A stretch of 49,509 nt of DNA from Anaerolineae bacterium. GTDB taxonomy: Bacteria; Chloroflexota; Anaerolineae; Anaerolineales; UBA11858. Shown here one piece after another: positions 27,041 through 34,250 of this stretch. The translations under genes were made by a program, and so were the position numbers. Below the pieces are notes generated by a model, which worked only from the letters and a program-made list of their open reading frames with translations, made no database searches and was not told the origin of the DNA. How positions within the stretch are numbered: the first letter of the stretch is position 1; each line of letters starts with the position of its first letter. Location of the stretch: positions 1-49,509 of the forward strand of contig JACNJM010000171.1 of the NCBI GenBank assembly GCA_014382605.1, in the 5' to 3' direction.

Positions 27041-27082
27041 GAAAAGGGTGTGCAGGGGGGCTGCCTCCCGAACACCCTTTTC
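27041..27082. repeat. Degenerate member (F) of the GC-rich palindromic repeat family
   Basis: GAAAAGGGTGTGCAGGGGGG-CTG-CCTCCCGAACACCCTTTTC. It sits between the divergent tmRNA and sigma-factor genes, so it is not positioned as a terminator. Confidence 0.4.
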
Positions 27083-27141
27083 TTGTGAAAACTGCAGCAT
27101 TTGCAAGTGCTGAGAAGAAACTTTTTTATCAGGATGGTGTT

Positions 27142-27747
27142 ATGTTAGGTAACTCCACAACTGCGGAACGATATTCAACCCTCGCAACATACACGGAGTT
27201 TAGTGATGATCAGGTCGTGGAGCGCGCTTCTCTGGGCGACCTCCAGGCTTTTGGCGAATTATATGATCGGTATGTTCAGCGAATCTACAATTATATCTAT
27301 TTCCGCACTGGCAATACTTTCGACGCGGAAGATTTAACGGAGCGAGTATTTTTTCGGGCAATTCAGCATATTAAAAAGTATGAAAATCGCGGCTTGCCCA
27401 TCGCCGCCTGGCTATACCGAATCGCACACAACCTGGTGGCAAACTGGTATCGGGATAACAGCCGCCGTCAGGAAATACCGCTGGATGCATTTGAGTTTTC
27501 GCTCACATTTCCTGGCGATTTGCCTGAGACTGCGATGCTCAAAGCTGAAGAACAAAATGATTTGTTGTGTGTCATTCGCCAATTGCCTGAAGAGCGCCAA
27601 CAATTGCTGATCTTGAAATTCGTTGAGCAGCTTACCAATGCAGAAATCGGCCAGATTATGGGTCGCACGGAAGGCGCTATAAAGAGCCTCTATCATCGCA
27701 CGTTACTGGCCTTGCGAAAAGAATACAATATTGTTGGTGTTGAATAA
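27142..27747 (+). CDS. ECF-type RNA polymerase sigma-70 family factor
   Basis: Region 2: FGELYDRYVQRIYNYIYFRTGNTFDAEDLTERVFFRA ... AWLYRIAHNLVANWYRD. Region 4 HTH: LPEERQQLLILKFVEQLTNAEIGQIMGRTEGAIKSLYHRTLLALR. ATG 27142 is preferred over the listed GTG 27085. Confidence 0.85.
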   Translation: MLGNSTTAERYSTLATYTEFSDDQVVERASLGDLQAFGELYDRYVQRIYNYIYFRTGNTFDAEDLTERVFFRAIQHIKKYENRGLPIAAWLYRIAHNLVANWYRDNSRRQEIPLDAFEFSLTFPGDLPETAMLKAEEQNDLLCVIRQLPEERQQLLILKFVEQLTNAEIGQIMGRTEGAIKSLYHRTLLALRKEYNIVGVE

Positions 27748-27757
27748 GGAAAACAAT

Positions 27758-28600
27758 ATGTTGCGAATCGTATTAGATACTGCGGGTGATATTCCTCAAG
27801 AGTGGATTGACGAATATGAAGTGCAAATGATTCCTATCAATATTCATTTTGGGGAGCAAACTTTTTATCAAGGCATTGATCTTGATAATGAGGGCTTCTA
27901 TCGTTTGGTGGATGAATCTGGCGTGATCCCCAAGACCAGCCAGCCCACACCCCAGCAGTTTAAAACATTTTATCGTCAAATTGCTGACCCCGGGGATACG
28001 GTATTATCCATTCATGTAACTGGTAAACTCTCTGGCACAATGGCCTCTGCCGAGATGGCCGCGCGCGAACTCGAAGGCGAGATTAATGTGATTCCGTTTG
28101 ATTCTGCTGCAGGCTCGGCGGCGCAAGGTTACATGGCTAAGGAAGCCCGCTTGCTGGATCATGCCGGGGCTTCGATAGAGAGAATTGTCGAGCGGCTTGA
28201 GCGTATACGCGCCAATATCCAGGTAATTCTTACCCTCGATACGCTTGAATATGCCCGCATGAGTGGGCGCGTCAAAACGCTTCAGGCAGCGCTGGCCTCG
28301 GTATTGAATGTTAAGCCGATTGTCCTGTTGCAAGAAGGTATGCTGGATATGTTTGACAAAGTTCGCACCCGTGGGCGATCACTGGAACATGTGCTCTCGT
28401 TAATTGCAGAACGGATTGGCGATCGCCGTGCGAATGTAGCCGTCGTGCATGCTCGTGATTTGCAGGCCGGTGAGGCATTACTTAAACGAGTGCAGGAAGT
28501 ACTCCATTGTGAATCACTCATTCTCACAGAGCTATCGATTGGGATTGCCGCAAATCTTGGCCCTGGGACCGTGGGTATTATTGCTTATCCTGTTGAATAG
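27758..28600 (+). CDS. DegV family fatty-acid-binding protein
   Basis: IVLDTAGDIP...TSQPTPQQFKTFYRQI...LSIHVTGKLSGTMASAEMAA...LDTLEYARMSGR. AAGGA lies 7 nt upstream of ATG 27758. Confidence 0.85.
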   Translation: MLRIVLDTAGDIPQEWIDEYEVQMIPINIHFGEQTFYQGIDLDNEGFYRLVDESGVIPKTSQPTPQQFKTFYRQIADPGDTVLSIHVTGKLSGTMASAEMAARELEGEINVIPFDSAAGSAAQGYMAKEARLLDHAGASIERIVERLERIRANIQVILTLDTLEYARMSGRVKTLQAALASVLNVKPIVLLQEGMLDMFDKVRTRGRSLEHVLSLIAERIGDRRANVAVVHARDLQAGEALLKRVQEVLHCESLILTELSIGIAANLGPGTVGIIAYPVE

Positions 28601-28611
28601 GTAGGTAGAAA

Positions 28612-28953
28612 ATGAATTTTCTAAAGCGAAAAAATAAATATATTGAAATATCGGTTATCGAAGCGCATTTGAAGACGGCATTGCACCCTGTTATGCCGCG
28701 CCAGGCATTTGTGAGCGGCTTGCGCGAACGTCTGATGGTTCAGGCAGCGAGCGCTGCTGCCCCTGAGCTGATCATCCGTGAGGAACCGCGCAATGTATCC
28801 CGCGGTTGGATTTTAGCTGGTGGGGTATTTGGCAGTCTGGTGATGCTGGCAGTCAGCGTCCGTGGGCTGATTTCGATGTTTGAAGTAGCGGGCTCATTGC
28901 TAAAGCGTTCTGGCACTGGTGCACATGGTCGAGCTTCGCAGCCAGCGCATTAA
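28612..28953 (+). CDS. Small single-pass membrane protein, unknown function
   Basis: 113-aa ORF 11 nt after degV. It has one hydrophobic helix (GWILAGGVFGSLVMLAVSV) and no motif I recognised. Confidence 0.45.
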   Translation: MNFLKRKNKYIEISVIEAHLKTALHPVMPRQAFVSGLRERLMVQAASAAAPELIIREEPRNVSRGWILAGGVFGSLVMLAVSVRGLISMFEVAGSLLKRSGTGAHGRASQPAH

Positions 28954-28965
28954 CGTATAATAAAT

Positions 28966-29008
28966 TAAAAAAGGCGTGTGCAGAATCTTCCTGTACACGC
29001 CTTTTTTT
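28966..29008. terminator. Bidirectional intrinsic terminator between convergent genes
   Basis: AAAAAA-GGCGTGTGCAG-AATCTTC-CTGTACACGCC-TTTTTTT. Confidence 0.7.
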
Positions 29009-29009
29009 G

Positions 29010-29774
29010 TTAATCGTTACGTTTTCCGGGGCTTATATAGCGCGTTTTTTTGAAAGGTTTGATTTGATCGCCAATATTATCTTTTAGTACATGCCCGGAT
29101 TCGTGCATCAGCGTATCATGGTTGAAATCATTGAGCTTGGTCATACTGGCAAGACAGGGAAAATGATGGTGCAGCAACCCGGCTTTTTCTTCGGCTTCAT
29201 CCACTGAGATTCCGACTAGATTTTCAGCAACGTGCCGGGCGCAGCCGCAGACAGCATCGCGTGTCACTTGGATCGTAGCAATCGTTCGGGTATCTGGATC
29301 AACTTCGAGTTGGAACGTCGGCTTGCCAAAATAGCGCGCGAATTCTGAAATGCGCGCATCCTCATATTGAACACGGTCACGGCGGGTGATGCCATAATCC
29401 GTTTCGGTGAGCGAGCACAGGGGTTTGGGGGTTACGCAGGTTACATGGATGCGTTCAAGCCAGCCGATCAATTGTCGGGCGAGTCCGCGGGGCAGCCAGG
29501 TTTCATCATCTACGGCGACCAGCACCGAGTGCGCGCCGGTCATTTGTGCGATGTCGGGCAGCAGTTCGGCTACGCCTTTGTGCTCGGCGAAGGAGAGAAT
29601 CAAATCGCTTTGTGGTAGATTTTCGGGGATATGATCTTCAGGATAATCAATGACGAGCGGAAAGGCTTTTGGGGCCTGCCAGGTTTCGATGTGCCAGCTT
29701 CTGGGGGCATGTTGTTTAAGATTGGCTACATGCCGTTCACCGTATTCACCATTAATGATTGCTAAAATGCGCAT
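29010..29774 (-). CDS. Hypothetical protein, DUF166-like (tentative), with a Cys/His cluster
   Basis: ATG 29774 has GAAAGG upstream. The N-terminus MRILAIINGEYGERHVANL and the motif PKPLCSL resemble my recollection of the archaeal/bacterial DUF166 family. The Cys/His cluster is DAVCGCARHV...HHHFPCLASM...HESGH. Confidence 0.45.
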   Translation of the reverse strand: MRILAIINGEYGERHVANLKQHAPRSWHIETWQAPKAFPLVIDYPEDHIPENLPQSDLILSFAEHKGVAELLPDIAQMTGAHSVLVAVDDETWLPRGLARQLIGWLERIHVTCVTPKPLCSLTETDYGITRRDRVQYEDARISEFARYFGKPTFQLEVDPDTRTIATIQVTRDAVCGCARHVAENLVGISVDEAEEKAGLLHHHFPCLASMTKLNDFNHDTLMHESGHVLKDNIGDQIKPFKKTRYISPGKRND

Positions 29775-29925
29775 AGAGACCTTTCTCACTTTTAGGGATG
29801 GAATGCTCTATTGTACTCGATCTGTAAAGGAAGTGGGCCAGACGCGCACAACCCCCGGGTTGGTTTGGCCGAAATAGATTATCTCTGCGCCCAGGGGTTG
29901 GTTAGATTTTCAAAGCGTTAAAAAA

Positions 29926-30858
29926 TCAGGGACTCCAGTCGGGGAAGCCGTCGTAGTATTCGTCATCGGTGAGTTGTGTCAGTTCGCTTCCATCCGCATT
30001 GACGACCCACAAATCCCAGTTGCCGCTGCGATTAGATGCGAAGACAATACTCTCCCCATCGGGCGAGTATGCTGGGGCTGTATTTGAGAATTCGTCGTCG
30101 GTGAGGCGCACAACGCTGTCGGCAGCTCCATCTTTGTTAATCGTGTAAAGATCCGTGTTTGGCCCTTTGCCAGATACAAAGACAATCTGTTCGCCATCGG
30201 GCGACCAGGTTGCTCCACTGATCGGATCGTCTCCGTCCGTAATTTGGGTGATTTCACTCCCATCCGGGTTCATGTAGAAGATTTCCATACTGCCGGAGTT
30301 ATTTGAAATGAAAAGAATCTGGCTGCCATCGGGAGACCAGCGCGGGTTGTAGTCAATTAAGTCAGGCGCATCCAGCAACTCGGAAAGCTCTTCTTCGGCC
30401 AGGTTCCACACATAAATATCGGGCGTATCCTGTGGCTCGTTTTGATGATCGGACTGGAAGACCAACTGGCTGCCATCGGGCGACCAATCGGGGTTGTTGC
30501 TGCGGAAGTCAGTCACCTGAGCGAGGTTTGTTCCGTCAGCGTAGACGGTGTAGAGATTCCACACACCCGCCAAAGCGAAAGCGATCTGATTTCCATCTGG
30601 AGACCAGCTTGGCAGAATTGCGGCATCAAGGCCTGTGTTGATGGGCGTGATTTCGGCGCTTTCGGGGTCAATCAAATAAAGATCAAGTTTATTGGGGTCA
30701 TCCCCGCGATTCGATGAAAAAACAATCCGCGACGGGCCGTCGTAGGCGGCGACGGTTGGGAGCGGTTCTCCTGCGGGGGTGGGTATCTCTGCAGGGCTAT
30801 CAAAGGCCGCCAACAGTATTACCAGCATCAACACAATAACAATCGTGCGTCGTTTCAT
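29926..30858 (-). CDS. Secreted PD40/TolB-like beta-propeller repeat protein
   Basis: The signal peptide is MKRRTIVIVLMLVILLAAF. Repeated units WSPDGxQIVF...DIY..N.DGS....T recur about 6 times (SWSPDGNQIAF, DWSPDGSQLVF, RWSPDGSQILF, TWSPDGEQIVF, AYSPDGESIVF). Confidence 0.8.
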   Translation of the reverse strand: MKRRTIVIVLMLVILLAAFDSPAEIPTPAGEPLPTVAAYDGPSRIVFSSNRGDDPNKLDLYLIDPESAEITPINTGLDAAILPSWSPDGNQIAFALAGVWNLYTVYADGTNLAQVTDFRSNNPDWSPDGSQLVFQSDHQNEPQDTPDIYVWNLAEEELSELLDAPDLIDYNPRWSPDGSQILFISNNSGSMEIFYMNPDGSEITQITDGDDPISGATWSPDGEQIVFVSGKGPNTDLYTINKDGAADSVVRLTDDEFSNTAPAYSPDGESIVFASNRSGNWDLWVVNADGSELTQLTDDEYYDGFPDWSP

Positions 30859-30906
30859 GGGGTTCTCCTTTTGTATGAGTCTGACTTGTGAATATGTTCT
30901 GGAAAT

Positions 30907-30936
30907 TAAAAAGCTGCCAGATTTTTGGCAGCTTTT
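30907..30936. terminator. Hairpin terminator downstream of the SRPBCC-PDZ-DinB gene
   Basis: AAAAGCTGCCA-GATTT-TTGGCAGCTTTT, with A/T tracts on both sides. Confidence 0.6.
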
Positions 30937-31029
30937 CGATGGAAGTTTAGCAGTGCAGCAGTAATTATTTGTTCGATGGAAAGTGCTGCCAACCTTTTAT
31001 ATCATTATAGATGCAAGTATTTCCTGTGT

Positions 31030-32253
31030 CTATCCATCTGCGGTATGAGCGCGGGCGGCCTCAATAGCAGCCTGGATCTGCGGGAAGTGGCTGCGCGTGT
31101 GCAGGGCAAAACCGTATTCGCCGACATTTTGTACCAATTCCATCAGACGGCGTTTGTCGGCCATAAACTCATCTGGCAATTCTCGCACTGCTGCCACGGT
31201 AATCGCTTCACAGCATTTGAGTTCAGCAATTAAATCGGGCAGGGAATAAGCATTGGCGATAGCCGTGTGCATTCCCAGATCGTTGTGGAATCCCCCCGTG
31301 CGATAATTTCCGATAAAGCAGGTGACTGCCAGATGCAGCCAGCGTTCAGAATAGATCAGGTGCGCCAGAGTCTCTTTTGCGCTCCACTCCTCAGGAGCCG
31401 GACGAGCGGCGGCTTCTTTTTCGCTGACTCCCTCGAATAGTGTGTCTAATTCGATGTCTACTTCTGCGTAGATTGCGGCTGTTTGCTGTGCAAGTTCTGC
31501 CGCAGATGATGGCAGTTCAGGAGCAGGACGCCCGGAGAGTACCATTTCGACAGTATTTGCTTCGCTCCCGCGATAGAAAACTACTTCTACACTGTCACCG
31601 GCCTGCTTGCCAGTTATGGCCTTGCCAAAATCTGGGAAGGTTTTTAGCTCGTGGCCGTTAATGCTGAAAATTACGTCATCTCCTTGTAAACCGGCGGATT
31701 CTGCTGACATGCCTGACAGCACGCCGCTGATACGCACGCCGGTTTCGATGGGTAAATCCAGCTCCGCGATCATCTTCTCGTCTACCAGCGCGGCAGGGAA
31801 AACGCCCAACATGGGGAGGTCAAAGATGCGTTTGTCCAGGCCGGTTTCGAGTACCGATTTTAAATTTGCCAGGGCGCGCTGCCATCCATCACTGATCTGT
31901 TGGCTGTTGTCATCCGTCCAGGAAGCCTCTTTTCCCACGCCCTTGTGTTTGATTTTTGCATGGGTGGCATTGTCTTTTTCTTCGAGGGAAATAATCACCT
32001 TCGTGGATTCCGGTTCTCCCTTACCAAGCCACGAGAGTTTAATTTCCTCATTGGGTTTGCATGTTTTTACCGTTCCAACAGCATAATACCCCGTATTCCA
32101 CCAGGCATAAAATTGGCCGCCTTTCGTGGCATTAATTTCGGCGAAGTCGGCAAACCAGCTTTGGAGCGCGGTCGAATTTGTCAGCGCCCGATAAACCTGA
32201 TCTGCGGGAGCTTGAATTATTTCCTCAAATTTCAGGGATGGGGATTTGGACAT
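31030..32253 (-). CDS. Three-domain fusion protein: SRPBCC (AHSA1-like) + PDZ + DinB-like four-helix bundle
   Basis: ATG 32253 has AAAGGAG 7 nt upstream. N-terminus: IQAPADQVYRALTNSTALQSWFADFAEINATKGGQFYAWW (SRPBCC). Middle: GVRISGVLSGMSAESAGLQGDDVIFSINGHEL (PDZ). C-terminus: WSAKETLAHLIYSERWLHLAV...HTRSHFPQI (DinB-like His triad pattern). Confidence 0.65.
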   Translation of the reverse strand: MSKSPSLKFEEIIQAPADQVYRALTNSTALQSWFADFAEINATKGGQFYAWWNTGYYAVGTVKTCKPNEEIKLSWLGKGEPESTKVIISLEEKDNATHAKIKHKGVGKEASWTDDNSQQISDGWQRALANLKSVLETGLDKRIFDLPMLGVFPAALVDEKMIAELDLPIETGVRISGVLSGMSAESAGLQGDDVIFSINGHELKTFPDFGKAITGKQAGDSVEVVFYRGSEANTVEMVLSGRPAPELPSSAAELAQQTAAIYAEVDIELDTLFEGVSEKEAAARPAPEEWSAKETLAHLIYSERWLHLAVTCFIGNYRTGGFHNDLGMHTAIANAYSLPDLIAELKCCEAITVAAVRELPDEFMADKRRLMELVQNVGEYGFALHTRSHFPQIQAAIEAARAHTADG

Positions 32254-32361
32254 GCGACTACTCCTTTGGACGAACATCTCTTGTTAGCATGGGTAAACCC
32301 TTACTATTATAGTACGGTGGAGCAGCGGGAGAGGTTCAAGTTGGCGCGCCGACAAGCGATA

Positions 32362-32697
32362 TTAGTGTGTCTCGAGGAGATAGGCAACCAATTGGCGCGC
32401 TTCGGCGATCAAATCAATCTGGGTGGGTAATCTAAATTCTTCGTTGACGCGTAATATTAGGTGTTGGGCAATTTCTCGAAAGCGTGGATCAATCTCGGAT
32501 GCAGACGCTAAAATATGCAAGCGATCATAGGCGCTGGGGCCGGGGTCGGGCAACGCGTGGAGGCGAAAATATTCCCCGGCGGCGATGCCAGCCGCGCGGC
32601 GCGCGCAAACCCTTGCCCGGCCCTCATTCCCCGCTTGCCGAGATTCATTTGCCGTTTGGAGTTCTTTTTCGATGCTGGTGTAGATATTTATCGCCAC
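32362..32697 (-). CDS. Small all-helical protein, possible HEPN-like fold
   Basis: 111-aa ORF 54 nt downstream of malQ. It contains the Rx4H motif REIAQH (residues 74-79) in a predicted C-terminal helix. No adjacent nucleotidyltransferase (MNT) gene is present. Confidence 0.4.
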   Translation of the reverse strand: MAINIYTSIEKELQTANESRQAGNEGRARVCARRAAGIAAGEYFRLHALPDPGPSAYDRLHILASASEIDPRFREIAQHLILRVNEEFRLPTQIDLIAEARQLVAYLLETH

Positions 32698-32750
32698 GCT
32701 TTAGACCTGTTCCGGAATAAAATTGATCGCGAAGGCGCAAGCCTGAGCAA

Positions 32751-34250
32751 TCAATTTTTCGCAAATCGCCCGTAGAGTTGATTTTGTTCTCTCAGGCGGA
32801 CTGCTAGCGATTTCGTCAACGCGTCGGGCTTCATGCGCCATTCCCAGTTTCCACCCAATGTGCTGGGGAAATTCATGCGCGCGGTATTATCCAGGCTGAG
32901 CAAATCTTGCATCGGCGCCAGCGCGAAAACAGCTACTGACCCCCAGGCGGCGCGGATCAAATCCCAGGTGATGTCGCGACCATCGCGTGCCAGATAGCGC
33001 CGGGCGAAGTCGCTCGCTTTTTCGTCGGCGCGCTGATACCAGCCCAGAGTGGTGTCGTTGTCGTGGGTGCCCGTGTAGACAACAGAATTGGGCGTGTAAT
33101 TGTGGGGCAAGAAGGGATTTTCGCTATCGCCATCAAAGGCGAAGACCAGGATTTTCATGCCGGGGAAGCCAAATTTCTCACGAAGATCGTCAACATCGGG
33201 GGTGATTTCACCCAGGTCTTCGGCGACGATGGGCAACTCTCCCAGGGCGGCCTCAACGCTTTGGAAAAGCGCCTCACCGGGGGCAGGTACCCAGCGTCCA
33301 TTGATAGCGGTTTCTTCGTCGCCAGGAATCTCCCAATATCCGGCGAAGCCGCGAAAGTGATCCAGACGAATAATATCCACCATCGAGAATATTGCCGTGA
33401 AGCGATCAATCCACCAGGAAAAGTTCTGAGTTTGGTGCACATCCCAGCGATAGATGGGGTTGCCCCAACGTTGCCCGGTGGGCGAGAAATAATCTGGCGG
33501 CACTCCGGCGACGACCGTTGGCTGCCCGATTTCGTCCAGGTAGAATAATTCGCGCTTGGCCCATACATCGGCGCTATCGTGGGCAACGAAGATGGGCATG
33601 TCGCCCAAAATTTGGACACCGTTCTGATTGGCGTAGGCGCGTAGCTCGTTCCATTGTTGGAAGAACAGGAACTGGAAGTAGGTGTGGCGTTCAATGGCGA
33701 AGGCATACGCCCCGCGAAAATCTTGCAGGGCTTGTTTGTTGCGATCGCGCAAGGGTGCAGGCCACTCCACCCAGGAATGACTTTTCTGGGTTTCTTTGAT
33801 CGCCATAAAAAGCGCGTAATCGGGCAGCCAATGGGTCTGCGCGGCTTGAAAAGCTTCAAATTCCTGTTGTATCTGGGACGAGGGATTATTCTTGAAACGG
33901 ATGAAGGAACGTTCTAAAATGCCGAGTTTGAAGGGGATTACTCGGCCAAAATCTACCTGTTCAGCAGGTAAATTAGGCGCTTCGATGATGTCGTCGCTGT
34001 GCAAAAGCCCATTTTTGAGCAGCGCCTCGGGGCTGATGAGGTAGGGATTTCCGGCGAAGGCTGAAAAACACTGGTAAGGTGAGTCGCCGTACCCGGTTGG
34101 GCCGAGCGGTAGGATTTGCCACAAGCCGGTTCCGGTTTCTGCCAGAAACTCGATCCACTGTTGGGCTTGGGGGCCAATATCGCCAATGCCATAGGGACTG
34201 GGTAGGCTGGATGGGTGCAATAATATTCCTGAGGCGCGTTGAAAGCTCAT
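32751..34250 (-). CDS. malQ: 4-alpha-glucanotransferase (amylomaltase, GH77)
   Basis: N-terminus RASGILLHPSSLPSPYGIGDIG, plus GDSPYQCFSAFAGNP, DMPIFVAHDSADVW, RLDHFRGF and YTGTHDNDT. Confidence 0.92.
   Translation of the reverse strand: MSFQRASGILLHPSSLPSPYGIGDIGPQAQQWIEFLAETGTGLWQILPLGPTGYGDSPYQCFSAFAGNPYLISPEALLKNGLLHSDDIIEAPNLPAEQVDFGRVIPFKLGILERSFIRFKNNPSSQIQQEFEAFQAAQTHWLPDYALFMAIKETQKSHSWVEWPAPLRDRNKQALQDFRGAYAFAIERHTYFQFLFFQQWNELRAYANQNGVQILGDMPIFVAHDSADVWAKRELFYLDEIGQPTVVAGVPPDYFSPTGQRWGNPIYRWDVHQTQNFSWWIDRFTAIFSMVDIIRLDHFRGFAGYWEIPGDEETAINGRWVPAPGEALFQSVEAALGELPIVAEDLGEITPDVDDLREKFGFPGMKILVFAFDGDSENPFLPHNYTPNSVVYTGTHDNDTTLGWYQRADEKASDFARRYLARDGRDITWDLIRAAWGSVAVFALAPMQDLLSLDNTARMNFPSTLGGNWEWRMKPDALTKSLAVRLREQNQLYGRFAKN

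Noticed and set aside
26522-27075. Three listed ORFs (26522..26716 +, 26784..26987 +, 26830..27075 -) between the Hsp70-like gene and the sigma factor gene.
   Set aside because: They lie entirely over the tmRNA gene (26560..26959, minus strand) and its promoter. They have no RBS and are artefacts of a structured RNA gene.
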